Assembly: GCA_035402805.1 (NCBI GenBank)
Contig: DAONDY010000001.1
Coordinates: 177,548-241,547, forward strand
Direction of reading: 5' to 3'
Length of the DNA stretch: 64,000 nucleotides
Source of the DNA: Candidatus Woesebacteria bacterium
GTDB taxonomy: Bacteria > Patescibacteriota > Microgenomatia > UBA12405
Shown: positions 29,393 through 40,421 of the stretch, piece after piece
How positions within the stretch are numbered: the first letter of the stretch is position 1
Layout of the letters: each line of letters starts with the position of its first letter
Made by a program: the position numbers and the translations under genes
The notes under the pieces: generated by a model
Databases searched by the model: none
What the model was told of the DNA's origin: nothing
The model's input: the letters and a program-made list of their open reading frames with translations, nothing else

Positions 29393-30177
29393 AAATAAAA
29401 AATTTATCTATTATTATTTTGGCTGGTAATGAGGAAAAAATGATTGTCGATTGTTTAAAATCATGCAATTGGACAGATGAGATAATTCTTGTCGCCGCTA
29501 ACTCTACTGACGATACTGTTTCTTTAGCTAAAAAAACAATTCCTTCAATTAAGGTAGTAAAAACTACCGATGAATACAATAAAAATTTTTCAAAATGGCG
29601 AAACCTTGGTTTTAAAAATGCCACCAAAAATTGGATTTTATATATCGATGCCGATGAAAGAATTACTCCAGAATTAAAGCAAGAAGTAATTAAAAAAATA
29701 AATTTAAAAAAGAGTTCGGTTTCTCATTATGCAATTCCCCGTGCCAATTTTTATTTAGGTAAGAGAGTAAGGTTTGGTGGTTCTTACCCTGATTACGTCA
29801 AAAGACTCTTTTTAAGAAAAAATTTTCAAGGTTACAAAGGTATTTTACACGAAGAACCGCTTATCATCGGGCCTATAAAGCATTTAAAATCCGATCTCCT
29901 TCATTATACTCATCGTGATTTAAGTTCGATGGTTAATAAAACCTTAGCTTGGACGGATATGGAAGCTAAAGCTCTGTTTCAAAACAATCATCCTCCAGTA
30001 GTTTGGTGGCGTTTTATTAGAATGATGTTAACTAAAATCTGGGAACGTTTGATTGTTCAAAAAATGTGGCGTGACGGGACTGTTGGTTGGATATCAGTTT
30101 TTTTTGAGACTTTCGACACTTTTTTAATTTATGCCCGTCTTTGGGAGATTCAACAAAAACAAAATAAACAGATTTAG
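29383..30177 (+). CDS. GT2 glycosyltransferase (WaaE/KdtX-like)
   Basis: LSIIILAGNEEKMIVDCL...ILVAANSTDDT...LYIDADE. Paralog of 27541..28476. Confidence 0.7.
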   Translation: MAMKIKNLSIIILAGNEEKMIVDCLKSCNWTDEIILVAANSTDDTVSLAKKTIPSIKVVKTTDEYNKNFSKWRNLGFKNATKNWILYIDADERITPELKQEVIKKINLKKSSVSHYAIPRANFYLGKRVRFGGSYPDYVKRLFLRKNFQGYKGILHEEPLIIGPIKHLKSDLLHYTHRDLSSMVNKTLAWTDMEAKALFQNNHPPVVWWRFIRMMLTKIWERLIVQKMWRDGTVGWISVFFETFDTFLIYARLWEIQQKQNKQI

Positions 30178-30184
30178 TGATATC

Positions 30185-31375
30185 ATGAATTTGATGGTAA
30201 AAAGAGCTGCGATTTATGATCCTTATTTAGACACTTTAGGTGGTGGAGAGAGATATTGTCTTACTGTTGCTGAAATATTACTTAAACATGGATATAAAGT
30301 CGATTTATTTTGGTCTGGTAATCAAGATTTAATAAAAAAAGCCCAACAAAGATTTTCTTTAAATTTGGAAAATATTAACTTAGTTGAAGATGTTTTCAAA
30401 ATAAAACCAAAACAAATAGATCTTTTTGAAGAAGAGCAAAATTTATTTAAAGCCATTAATAGATCTCTAGACCCTAAAAAAATTCACCAAAAATTAATTA
30501 GTTTTATTAATAAATTAAAAATAACCAGTAAATACGATGTATTTTTTTATTTAGGAGACGGCAGTATTCCGGTTATTTTAGGCAAACAAAATTTTCTTCA
30601 TATCCAAGTTCCTTTTTCTAATGAAAAAAATATTTTTAATAAACTTATAACTAAATCAAAATTATTATTATTTTCCAAAATAATTTGCAATTCCCAATTT
30701 ACCGCTAAATTTTATCAAGACCAACTTCCTTCAAAAATAACTGTCGTTTATCCTCCCATTGATGTTGAAAAATTTGAGACATCTGATAATAAAGAAAATA
30801 TTATTCTTTCCGTTGGTCGCTTCGACAATGTCTTAAATGCTAAAAAACAAGACGTCTTAATTGACGCTTTTAAAGCGTTATCAGAAAAAGAAAATATTAA
30901 AAATTGGAAATTAATTTTAGCTGGGGGGAGTCTTATCGATCCAGACCAAAATTCCTATCTTAAATATTTAAAGGAAAAATCCGACAATCTTTCAATTGAA
31001 TTTATTGTTAATCCTAATTTCGAAAAATTAAAGGAAATTTATTCCAAATCAAAAATATATTGGCATGCGGCTGGATTTGAAGTTAATGAAGACGATCATC
31101 CAGAAAATACGGAACACTTTGGAATGACAGTAGTAGAGTCTATGGCTGCCGGATTAGTACCAGTTGTTATTTCCAAGGGTGGTATCCCTGAAATTATTGA
31201 GGATGGAATTGATGGTTATTTATGGAAAACAATAGATGAATTGGTTTTTAAAACTAAAAGTTTAATTGAGTCATCTTCGGATTTAGAGAAAATGTCTCAA
31301 AAAGCTTTAGTTAAATGTCAAAACTTTTCTAAAGCTAATTTTGAAAAGGAATTTCTTAGTTTAATTAAAAATTAA
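30185..31375 (+). CDS. GT4 (GT-B fold) glycosyltransferase
   Basis: C-terminal EX7E-type motif EHFGMTVVESMAAGLVPVV. The ATG at 30185 was chosen because the track's 30131 start overlaps the upstream gene end. Confidence 0.7.
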   Translation: MNLMVKRAAIYDPYLDTLGGGERYCLTVAEILLKHGYKVDLFWSGNQDLIKKAQQRFSLNLENINLVEDVFKIKPKQIDLFEEEQNLFKAINRSLDPKKIHQKLISFINKLKITSKYDVFFYLGDGSIPVILGKQNFLHIQVPFSNEKNIFNKLITKSKLLLFSKIICNSQFTAKFYQDQLPSKITVVYPPIDVEKFETSDNKENIILSVGRFDNVLNAKKQDVLIDAFKALSEKENIKNWKLILAGGSLIDPDQNSYLKYLKEKSDNLSIEFIVNPNFEKLKEIYSKSKIYWHAAGFEVNEDDHPENTEHFGMTVVESMAAGLVPVVISKGGIPEIIEDGIDGYLWKTIDELVFKTKSLIESSSDLEKMSQKALVKCQNFSKANFEKEFLSLIKN

Positions 31376-31376
31376 T

Positions 31377-32255
31377 ATGAAAATATCAGTCATTATTACC
31401 AATTGGAACGGATTAAATTTACTTAAAAAAAATTTAGAGCAGGTAATAAAAATGAGTCCAGAGGCTGAAGAAATCATTGTCGCCGACGATGCCTCCAGTG
31501 ATAAAAGTGTTGAATATATTAAAAGTCTGCAAAAAAAATATTCCAAATTAAAAATAATTGCTAATAAAAAAAATCTTGGGTTTGGTAGAAACTCCAATAA
31601 TGCAGTTGCTAAAAGTAAAGGTGATTTAGTTGTTTTACTAAATAGCGATATCTTCCCTTATAAAAATTACATTAAAAATTCATTAAGTCATTTTAATAAT
31701 CAACTAGTTTTGGGAGTTAGTTTTGCTGAAGAGGAACATCAAAATTGGGCTAGAATTTATTGGAAAAGTGGTTATCTTCAACATGAAGCCGGAATAACTC
31801 ATATTGACAAAACCCATATAACTGCTTGGTTATCCGGGGGTAGTTCTATTGTTCGTAAAGAAATTTTTCAAAAACTCGGAGGTTTCGACAACGTTTACGC
31901 TCCCTTTTATAGCGAAGATTTAGATTTAGGATATCGAGCCTGGAAATCTGGTTACGTTCTTTTTTGGGAACCTAAATCTATCGTTAGTCATCGACATGAA
32001 TCAACAATTTCAAAATTTTCCAAGGGACTTTTAAACTATGTTAAAGAAAGAAATCGTTTATTAAATGTTTGGCGAAATATCACCGATCCTGAAATGTTAT
32101 TTTCAAATAAAGTTACTTTAATCGGCCGTGTTTTATCTGGACCAAACTATATAAAGATAATTAAAGCCGCTAGAAAACAAGTTAAAATTTCTTCACCACC
32201 GATTGTCTTTCCAAAGCTTACTGATAAAGAAATATTTGAAAAATTCAAATTCTAA
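31377..32255 (+). CDS. GT2 glycosyltransferase
   Basis: ISVIITNWNGLNLLKKNLEQV...IVADDASSDKS...LLNSD. Confidence 0.7.
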   Translation: MKISVIITNWNGLNLLKKNLEQVIKMSPEAEEIIVADDASSDKSVEYIKSLQKKYSKLKIIANKKNLGFGRNSNNAVAKSKGDLVVLLNSDIFPYKNYIKNSLSHFNNQLVLGVSFAEEEHQNWARIYWKSGYLQHEAGITHIDKTHITAWLSGGSSIVRKEIFQKLGGFDNVYAPFYSEDLDLGYRAWKSGYVLFWEPKSIVSHRHESTISKFSKGLLNYVKERNRLLNVWRNITDPEMLFSNKVTLIGRVLSGPNYIKIIKAARKQVKISSPPIVFPKLTDKEIFEKFKF

Positions 32256-32262
32256 TTATCAT

Positions 32263-33756
32263 CTAAAACCACGGTCTCTTAGTTGTTAACATATCAGTTG
32301 TCGGATATTTAGGTAAAAGAAATCTATCAAAAAACGGTAGTTTAATTTTTGACAAAATAGTTGATTGGCTAAATGGGCAAGTTTTATTTTCGCATCTAAT
32401 TTCAAAGGCTGAATATATATATTTAGCATTAAAATAAAACCCCAAAACCACAAACAAAATTAAAATACCCCTTGATATTTTTTTCGCTAAATTATTTTTT
32501 TTCAAAAAATACAGTAAAGATGGAACCAGGACTAGGAAAAAGACAACTCGATAAACATTTGCTGGTGTAGTTGGTCTAAAATCATTAGATAGATAATATC
32601 TAGAAGATAACAGCAATCCAACCGCAAAAGTCATTGTAAAAAAATTAGCTCTCTTATATATCCAACCCAAACCCAAAGCTCCAAATATAGCCAACATAGG
32701 ATAGAAGGGATATCTATACCAGGGTAATAAATCCTGTTCTGATCCAGAAATTATTGACATTATCAACCAATAAAAGAAAAACATGCTTAATAACTTTGTA
32801 TTTTTGCCCATCTTTTTTTGAAATGAAAAAAACAAAGCAAAAAACAATCCAAAAATATACCAGCCGTCAAAAAATGAAAAAATATCAAAAGCTGGTGAAC
32901 TTAAAACATAAGATAGGGCTGTCCAACCGGCAAATCTATTTCCTTGAATTGCCACAATACTTTTAAACAAGTTCCAATCATAACTATAACCATAAAAAAC
33001 ATAAATACCTATTCCCATCGCCACAAAACCAAGTACTATAAAAATATCCTGCCATCTTTTTTTCTTCACAGCAAAATAAATAAAAAGTGGCGCCAAAAAA
33101 TATCCAGTTGGTTTCATTAATCCCAAAAGCATACAGATTATTCCAATAATAAAGGAATAAAACAGCTTTGGTTTTTTTAAATAAGATTTAACCAATAAAA
33201 GTGAACCGATTACTGCCAAGGCAATGATGTTTTCTGGAACTGACAATCTCGAACCAAATACAATAATTGGCGTCATTCCATAGAAACACATGGCCAATAA
33301 ACCGATATTAAAACTATAAAATTTATATCCCACCAAAAAAACCAAAAACATAGTCGCCATCGACGCCAGAACAGAGGGAATTCTTGAATGCGATGTTGGA
33401 ATCAGCTTATTTCTATCATCACCAAAGAGATGGGCCACACCTCCTGACATTAAGGAATATAACGGTGGTTCGTCTAACCAAGGTTTGTATAATTTTGCTG
33501 GTAAATAAACTCCCTTTAAGTCGCCAACAATTCCATCAAACACTAGGTTTTCTTTTGAATAGTCCAATGTCGACCAAGACATGGGCACACCAGTCTCGAT
33601 CAAGTTAATACCCGACCAACTATAAAGTAATTCCTCGGCATGAGCAGAGTCTGGAACCCTGTCGTAATTGTGAAATTTTAATACTGAAAGAAATAAAAAT
33701 AAAATCACAAAAATGAACCATTTTACTTTTGTTTTTTTAAAAAAAGCTAATATCAT
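32263..33756 (-). CDS. Polytopic GT-C-type membrane glycosyltransferase, paralog family D (inverted copy)
   Basis: 497 aa. The N-terminus matches 8349..9776 (see there). It has about 12 TM helices. Confidence 0.6.
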   Translation of the reverse strand: MILAFFKKTKVKWFIFVILFLFLSVLKFHNYDRVPDSAHAEELLYSWSGINLIETGVPMSWSTLDYSKENLVFDGIVGDLKGVYLPAKLYKPWLDEPPLYSLMSGGVAHLFGDDRNKLIPTSHSRIPSVLASMATMFLVFLVGYKFYSFNIGLLAMCFYGMTPIIVFGSRLSVPENIIALAVIGSLLLVKSYLKKPKLFYSFIIGIICMLLGLMKPTGYFLAPLFIYFAVKKKRWQDIFIVLGFVAMGIGIYVFYGYSYDWNLFKSIVAIQGNRFAGWTALSYVLSSPAFDIFSFFDGWYIFGLFFALFFSFQKKMGKNTKLLSMFFFYWLIMSIISGSEQDLLPWYRYPFYPMLAIFGALGLGWIYKRANFFTMTFAVGLLLSSRYYLSNDFRPTTPANVYRVVFFLVLVPSLLYFLKKNNLAKKISRGILILFVVLGFYFNAKYIYSAFEIRCENKTCPFSQSTILSKIKLPFFDRFLLPKYPTTDMLTTKRPWF

Positions 33757-35381
33757 TTCTTTTTATAAAATATTAAAAATATACAACCAATTATAGTTAA
33801 AATCGACAAATAATCTAACACTTTATTTATTATTGTTTCTCTATATTGAACTAATATTTCATGATTACCACTAGGTATAGTAAGTTGAATCTGGCCATAT
33901 GGATCTCCACTTTTTATTGGTAATTTATTTCCATCAATATAGGCTTTCCAACCGGGAAAATTATATTTATTGTAATTTAAAATAATTTCAACATCAGACG
34001 TCGTGTTAAACTTTGCATCCAAACTATTGATTAACACCACATTTTTAACTGCGTTATTAATTGGATATATTCTTGGATAAATTTCTTTTGGTCTAGTAAT
34101 ACTTGTCTTTGGTAATCTAAGATATTCTTCTTGCAGCGTTAAATATTCTTGGCTTGGATTTGGAATTGGTATATAACGATTAATATAATAACTATCATCT
34201 CTGTTTAGATAATCCTTTGGCTTAAAACGACCTATGTTTAAGACCATAGAAACTACAATAATTAAAACCGCAATAACTTTTGAATATTTAAATTTTTTAA
34301 TAAAAATAACCAATAAGGATGAAGCAAAAACTATCATTGTTAAAAATCTCCATGGAAACTGAAAATAAGCAATCAAAGGAATTTTTTCCCAAAGCCAAAA
34401 TGATCGAAAATTCATCATTAATATCGAAGAAAAAATCAAAAATAAACTCCAACCTAATATTAATTTATCTCTTAAGATAATTTTGGAAAAATTAAAAATA
34501 GCAAAAATTATAATTGCAATAATAATTATTAAGTTTATTTCTCCGATAAAAAAAGACATTTCATCATATGGCCCAGGAACTGAAGCACCGTAACCCCAAA
34601 AGGGAGTTATTAATTGTTTAATAGTAGGAAAATGATCAAAAAAATTAAAAACGGTCTCATATTTCATTAATTTACTATCTAATAATGCTGGCAACCAAAA
34701 ATAGATACTTCCTAACAATCCATTAAAAAATAATAAAAACATATTTTTTAAATTTCTTCTCAAAACAAAAATTCCAAATAAAAAAGCAAATGGAATAAAC
34801 ATATAGGAAACTATATTGTGGGTTAAAATTAATCCAGCCACAGACAATGACCCAGCACAAATCCATTTAACACTCTCTTTAGTGTTCTTCGATTCTGATA
34901 AATTTATTAAAAATAGGATAATTAATGGTGAAAAAATAAAAGCCAAAGATTCTCCTAAAGCACCTCTACTATAAATATCTGTTGAACGATATGGAGTATA
35001 GGTATAAAGTACTGCTGCTGCCATTCCTATAAACTTCCCCGATAATTTTTTTGCTAAAAAATACATTGTCAATGCCGATGCAAATAAACTAAAAATAAAG
35101 ACAGCTTTAATACTGTAAGTAAAACTTAATCCAACTAAATGGAAAATTTCTCCTAAATAATAAGGTAACGGAAAAATGAAATTAAATAGGGGATATCCAA
35201 ACCCAAAACTCAAATCAGACACATATCTTGGTGGTATTTGCCCTTCTTTTATTGACTGATCAATCTGTTGTAACCAAGCAATATGCATATCGTCAGATGC
35301 TCCAAAAAACCCTGGTTTAAACAAAGACAAAGTTGCTGGTATTACTAATAAAATTAGTATCAATAATTCCTTAATTTTCAT
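33753..35381 (-). CDS. Large polytopic membrane protein, paralog family B
   Basis: 542 aa, MKIKELLILILLVIPATLSLFKPG...QIPPRYVSDLSFGFGYPLFNF. It overlaps its neighbours by 4 nt and 11 nt. Confidence 0.6.
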   Translation of the reverse strand: MKIKELLILILLVIPATLSLFKPGFFGASDDMHIAWLQQIDQSIKEGQIPPRYVSDLSFGFGYPLFNFIFPLPYYLGEIFHLVGLSFTYSIKAVFIFSLFASALTMYFLAKKLSGKFIGMAAAVLYTYTPYRSTDIYSRGALGESLAFIFSPLIILFLINLSESKNTKESVKWICAGSLSVAGLILTHNIVSYMFIPFAFLFGIFVLRRNLKNMFLLFFNGLLGSIYFWLPALLDSKLMKYETVFNFFDHFPTIKQLITPFWGYGASVPGPYDEMSFFIGEINLIIIIAIIIFAIFNFSKIILRDKLILGWSLFLIFSSILMMNFRSFWLWEKIPLIAYFQFPWRFLTMIVFASSLLVIFIKKFKYSKVIAVLIIVVSMVLNIGRFKPKDYLNRDDSYYINRYIPIPNPSQEYLTLQEEYLRLPKTSITRPKEIYPRIYPINNAVKNVVLINSLDAKFNTTSDVEIILNYNKYNFPGWKAYIDGNKLPIKSGDPYGQIQLTIPSGNHEILVQYRETIINKVLDYLSILTIIGCIFLIFYKKK

Positions 35382-37053
35382 AAAAATTTTTCTTTTTAAT
35401 AACCATAAATATTGGCAAACTTATTAAGGTAATTAAGCTTATTAAATCCCCAATTTTTCTTGGTGTTGTAGATTTTAGTTTAACAGTAATTTTATGTGTA
35501 CCTTTATTTAAATTAAAACTAATTTGGCCAAAACAATAATCCTGATTACTGCAATCATTATGATTAAAAACTATTGGTAAATTATTATCCGTCACTTCCA
35601 TCCCTGGAAAGTCAAATATCGGCAATCTGATCTCAGCCACCTCACTGTCAACATCTATTTCTCCTGTTTGATAGTTACTTCCTTTTTTATAATTTTTAAC
35701 TTCCGCTTTTCCCTTTGTAATTTCTGGTATTTCTGGTGCTTTATAGTTTGGCGGTAAGACAGAACTTTTTGGTAAATAATCAAAAATACTTGCCGTTTGT
35801 TGTTTTAAAAATTCTTGGTCATTTAATAGTTGCTGGTCATTAATATTCATCCATTTTTGTGGTTTGAAAAAACTTCCATATAAAAGGAATAATGATAATC
35901 CAACTATTATTACAATAATAGTTTGTCGCTTACCATTAAAAAAATTTATTGCATAACCAGACAGTAAAGATAAAAGAAAAGTACTAATAACCAAAAATCT
36001 CCAAGGAAATTGGAACATTGCCATAAAACTAAATTTATCCCAAATAAAAGATGATCTTTGATGAATTAAAAAAATAACAAACAAGCTAAGTCCAGCCAAA
36101 ACAAAAACGATTAAACTACTTTTTTTAGATTTTTTATAATTTTTTATTGCCAAAAACAAAGCCGTTAACCCTAACACCCATTGTATTTGTCCTACCGATA
36201 AAGATAAATCATCACCCGCCCCTAAATAAGATGATCCGTATCCAAAACGATTCGATATAAATAATTGATATAAATTTACAAAATGTTGACGATAATCAAA
36301 ATAACCGCCAATCATACTTTCTAGATGGATATAACCTCTTTCAAATATTAAAGGCACAATAAAAAAAGAAGCTAAACCAATTCCTATTAAAAAAGCCCAA
36401 AAGAAATCGACCAATTTTTTTATTTTTCTCTCTTGTATTAATAAAACAACTATCCATACTCCCAGTATTGGGAAAAAGGCTAACGACATTAAATTATGTG
36501 TCACTAATAAACTGAAAACGGCTAAACCTAACCATAAAATATTATTTTTACCTATACCTTTAATAATTCGATAGGAGAATAAAAACAACCAAGGAAAAAC
36601 TGCCATCGATAAAAATTCTCCCAAAGATCCTCTTACATAAACTTGCACTGCTCTAACTGGTGCGTATATATATAATAGTGATCCAATAAAAGCTACTTTT
36701 TGATTAGAAAATAAACTAGACAATAACAAAAACATTCCTATCGCTGATACTAAAAAACCACCTATAAATAATATTTTTACTGAATCTATATATTGAAAAC
36801 CAATATTATGAAAAAGAGTTCCTAAATAATAAGGGCCAGGAGAATAATATAAAAACAAAGGATATCCAAAGCCATAACCCATATCTGGCACCCAACGACA
36901 TGGTATTTGTCTATCATCAAAACATTTTTGCATTTCATAAATTCGAAAATATTGCATGTTGTCCTGAATATTGTGAATTCCTGGTCGCAAAAGAGTTACA
37001 AAAGCCGGAACTGTAAACAAAATCAAAGCCAATAACCAAATATAGCGTTTCAT
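35371..37053 (-). CDS. Large polytopic membrane protein, paralog family B
   Basis: The start at 37053 (MKRYIWLLALILFTVPAFVTLLRPG) was chosen because it aligns with the paralog N-termini. It leaves an 80-nt divergent intergenic region. The track's 37113 start is a TTG. Confidence 0.6.
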   Translation of the reverse strand: MKRYIWLLALILFTVPAFVTLLRPGIHNIQDNMQYFRIYEMQKCFDDRQIPCRWVPDMGYGFGYPLFLYYSPGPYYLGTLFHNIGFQYIDSVKILFIGGFLVSAIGMFLLLSSLFSNQKVAFIGSLLYIYAPVRAVQVYVRGSLGEFLSMAVFPWLFLFSYRIIKGIGKNNILWLGLAVFSLLVTHNLMSLAFFPILGVWIVVLLIQERKIKKLVDFFWAFLIGIGLASFFIVPLIFERGYIHLESMIGGYFDYRQHFVNLYQLFISNRFGYGSSYLGAGDDLSLSVGQIQWVLGLTALFLAIKNYKKSKKSSLIVFVLAGLSLFVIFLIHQRSSFIWDKFSFMAMFQFPWRFLVISTFLLSLLSGYAINFFNGKRQTIIVIIVGLSLFLLYGSFFKPQKWMNINDQQLLNDQEFLKQQTASIFDYLPKSSVLPPNYKAPEIPEITKGKAEVKNYKKGSNYQTGEIDVDSEVAEIRLPIFDFPGMEVTDNNLPIVFNHNDCSNQDYCFGQISFNLNKGTHKITVKLKSTTPRKIGDLISLITLISLPIFMVIKKKNFYEN

Positions 37054-37132
37054 CTTAACTATTATAGCCCAATTAATTTCCAATTTAACTCTATTTTTCA
37101 TATAATCATTCAAGTGTTAACATTATACAAAC

Positions 37133-38794
37133 ATGACTAAACTTTATTCAATTATTTTTGGAATTATTTTAGTCATCGGATTCCTAACCCGTTTTCTTTT
37201 TCTAGATAAATTTCCAGTCAGTCTAAATTGGGATGAAATCAGTCACGGATATAACGCTTATAGTCTTGTAAAAACTGGTCGAGATCAATGGTCAAAATCA
37301 CTACCTATTTTTAATTTTAGGGCTTACGGTGACTATCCAACCACTCTCAACATGTATCTTTCTGCCCCTCTTATTTATTTTTTTGGCTTAAATGAATGGA
37401 CTACTAGGATTATTTCTGCACTTTGTGGTTTTGGTTTAGTTATTGTTTCTTATTTTTTGGGTAAAGAATTATTTAAAAATCAAAAAGGTAAATATTTATT
37501 AATGTTATTAGTAGCCGTTTCACCCTGGACATTTTTCACCTCAAGAGCAGTTTTTCAATCAACAGTGGCTCAATTTTTTCTTTCTCTGGGAATTTTGTTT
37601 TTAATTAAAGCTACTAAAAAAATAAATTTTCTATTGCCGGGAATATTTTTTACTTCAATTTCTACTTATGCCTATCATAACACTAAAATAATTGTTCCAA
37701 TTTTATTTTTAATCTACATTATCATCTTTTTTAAAGAAATAAAACTAAACTTTTCTAAAAAAATAAAAACATTTTTGATTGGCTTTTTATTAATTTCAGT
37801 TTTAATAATTCCTCAGATAATTAATGTTTTTAATAAAGATGCTCAAGCTCGCAGTCGTTGGGTTTTTGCTATTAATCCAGTCACTGTTAATCAAATTGAA
37901 ATTAATCGCAATAATTACAAAGGTAATCCCTTAATTGCCAAATTAAAATATAACCGAGTCACTGTCTTTTCGGCTATTGTCGCTAAAAATTATCTTGGAT
38001 TTGTAAACCCGAAAATGTTGTTTTTTGATAGCACCCAAAATTTCCAATTTAACATTCCTAAAACCGGCGTTCTTTATTCTGTTTGTCTGCCTTTCTTTTA
38101 TATCGGTCTAGTAGTTTTATTAATAAATTTTTTCAAAAAAGACAAGTTGTCTATTTTCCTTATTTTTTGGTTTTTAATTGGTTTAATCCCTGCCGTTATC
38201 ACTATCGGTGATTTCCCAATCATTAGGGCTATGACTATTTTGCCATTACCTCAAATTTTTATAGTTTATGGGTTTTTAAGAACAATAAATTTATTCAAAA
38301 ATCAAAAAGTAAAATCCCTTTTTACTATTTTATTTTTATTAATTTTATTTATTCAAACCTCCTTTTATTTGAAAAATTACTTTAATGATTATTCAAAAAA
38401 ATATTCTTCTTCTTGGCAATACGGTTATAAACAAGTTGTTGAGTATATAAAAAATAATTACCAAGATTACGATCAAATCATTTTCACTAAAAAATATGGA
38501 GAAGCCCACGAATTTGTTTTGTTTTATTGGCCATGGGATCCAAAATCTTATCAAAATGACCCTAATTTAAATTGGGATTTTCACTCTGATTGGTATTGGG
38601 TTAATGCTTTTGATAAATTTAAATTTATCAACGATTGGGAAATTCAAAAAGAAACTCAAAAAATAGACAAAAAAACTCTTTTAATAACTTCTCCAAATAA
38701 TTATAATAAAGACAATACTACATTAATTAAAACCATCTATTTTTTAAATCAAACACCAGCTTTTGACATTTTAACCATCAATGATCAAAAATAA
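37133..38794 (+). CDS. GT-C glycosyltransferase family 39-like (PMT/ArnT) membrane protein, paralog family A, copy 1
   Basis: First-loop DE motif NWDEISHGYNAYSLVKTGRDQW...YGDYPTTLNMYL, about 12 TM helices and a C-terminal soluble domain. Confidence 0.65.
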   Translation: MTKLYSIIFGIILVIGFLTRFLFLDKFPVSLNWDEISHGYNAYSLVKTGRDQWSKSLPIFNFRAYGDYPTTLNMYLSAPLIYFFGLNEWTTRIISALCGFGLVIVSYFLGKELFKNQKGKYLLMLLVAVSPWTFFTSRAVFQSTVAQFFLSLGILFLIKATKKINFLLPGIFFTSISTYAYHNTKIIVPILFLIYIIIFFKEIKLNFSKKIKTFLIGFLLISVLIIPQIINVFNKDAQARSRWVFAINPVTVNQIEINRNNYKGNPLIAKLKYNRVTVFSAIVAKNYLGFVNPKMLFFDSTQNFQFNIPKTGVLYSVCLPFFYIGLVVLLINFFKKDKLSIFLIFWFLIGLIPAVITIGDFPIIRAMTILPLPQIFIVYGFLRTINLFKNQKVKSLFTILFLLILFIQTSFYLKNYFNDYSKKYSSSWQYGYKQVVEYIKNNYQDYDQIIFTKKYGEAHEFVLFYWPWDPKSYQNDPNLNWDFHSDWYWVNAFDKFKFINDWEIQKETQKIDKKTLLITSPNNYNKDNTTLIKTIYFLNQTPAFDILTINDQK

Positions 38795-40421
38795 CAAATT
38801 ATTTTTAATAATTATTTTCCTTATTTCCTTCCTTATTAGGTTTTATAAAGTAGGGGAATATCCGACATTACTCTGGGATGAAGCCGCTATTGGTTATAAT
38901 GCCTTTTCACTAGTCGAAACAGGTAAAGACGAATACGGTGAAACTCTACCAATTATTTTTAAGTCTTTTGGAGACTATAAGCCGGGTTTTTATATTTATT
39001 TAGCCGCTCCATTTATTAAAATATTTGGACTAAACGCTACTGCCACCAGGTTACCTTCCGTTATTTTAGGTTCTTTTTTGCCAATTTTAATTTATTTTTT
39101 AATTAAGGAAATAAATCAAAAAGCTCATAAAACAGCCGTTATTGCCGCTATTATCACTGTTTTTAATCCATATTCAATTCATTTTTCTCGTGGCGCTTGG
39201 GAAAGTAACGTTTTGACTTTTGAATTAGTTTTAGCTTCCTTTCTTTTCTTTAAATATATTAATAAAAAATTAAATAAATATTTACTACTTTCAGCCATTG
39301 TTTTTGGCCTGACTCTTTTTACCTATCAAGCCGGTAAAATGATTAGCCTCCTTTTAATTACTATTTTATTTTTAACAAACTTAAATATTGTTAATTTTAA
39401 AAATATTAAAAATATATTATTAAACTTTATTCTTCCTCTTTTTCTTTTTTCTCTGCCAATAATTTATGGTTTATTATTTTCCAATAACGCTAATCGACTA
39501 AAAGTTGTTAGTCTTTTTTCTTATCCTCGAACAACTCAAGAATCAGAGGCTATTAAAAGTGAAAGTAATCAGCTTGATTATGATATTTTTCATAATCAAT
39601 TAGTTTTTTTTGGACGTAATTTTTTACTTCGTTATTTCAATCATTTTTCACCGCGATTTTTAGCTTTTGAGGGTGATTGGCAAAGTCCACGTCACGGAGC
39701 TCCTTATATTGGAGTCATCCTTTATCCTAGCCTTATTTTTTTAATTATCGGTGTCTTTTTTGCTTTAAGTCGGCCCAAAATTGATAAATTAAATATTTTC
39801 TTTTTCCTCTGGCTTATTGTTGCCCCATTACCGTCAGCTTTAACTCGAGACATTGTTCAATCATTAAGATCGATGTCCTTTTCTATTCCTTTAATATATT
39901 TTATTTCCGTTGGTATTTATATTGTTTTATTAAAATATAAAAATATATTTGTTTATTCTTTAATTATTGGTTCTTATTTGATTTCTTTCTTTTACTACGT
40001 CGATCTTTATTTAAATCATATGGTCAAAAAAAACCCAGACGAATTTCTTTATGGATATCAACAATCAATGGATTATTTAATTAAAAATCAAAGTAAATAT
40101 AAACAAATAACTGTCAGTGATTATTATGGTCAAGCTTATATTTTTTATCTTTTTTATTCGAAATATCCACCTCAAAAGTATCAACAGCAAGCCAAATTAA
40201 TAGAAAATTTGTCTGGTGATACTGGCAAAGTTGAACAAATTGATAATATAAAATTTACTACCCCAGATTACAGTGTAATAAAAAATCAACCATCTTCTCT
40301 CGCCATTTTCAATTATAATGAAATTTATCGTCAGTTAATTGATAAATCGGATTATTTTAAAGAATTTATACCTTTAAGTCTTATAAATAATATTTCCACT
40401 TTCTATGCCTACCAAAATTAA
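38781..40421 (+). CDS. GT39-like (PMT/ArnT) membrane glycosyltransferase, family A copy 2
   Basis: WDEAAIGYNAFSLVETGKDEYG...FGDYKPGFYIYL. It overlaps copy 1 by 14 nt. Confidence 0.65.
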   Translation: MIKNNKLFLIIIFLISFLIRFYKVGEYPTLLWDEAAIGYNAFSLVETGKDEYGETLPIIFKSFGDYKPGFYIYLAAPFIKIFGLNATATRLPSVILGSFLPILIYFLIKEINQKAHKTAVIAAIITVFNPYSIHFSRGAWESNVLTFELVLASFLFFKYINKKLNKYLLLSAIVFGLTLFTYQAGKMISLLLITILFLTNLNIVNFKNIKNILLNFILPLFLFSLPIIYGLLFSNNANRLKVVSLFSYPRTTQESEAIKSESNQLDYDIFHNQLVFFGRNFLLRYFNHFSPRFLAFEGDWQSPRHGAPYIGVILYPSLIFLIIGVFFALSRPKIDKLNIFFFLWLIVAPLPSALTRDIVQSLRSMSFSIPLIYFISVGIYIVLLKYKNIFVYSLIIGSYLISFFYYVDLYLNHMVKKNPDEFLYGYQQSMDYLIKNQSKYKQITVSDYYGQAYIFYLFYSKYPPQKYQQQAKLIENLSGDTGKVEQIDNIKFTTPDYSVIKNQPSSLAIFNYNEIYRQLIDKSDYFKEFIPLSLINNISTFYAYQN

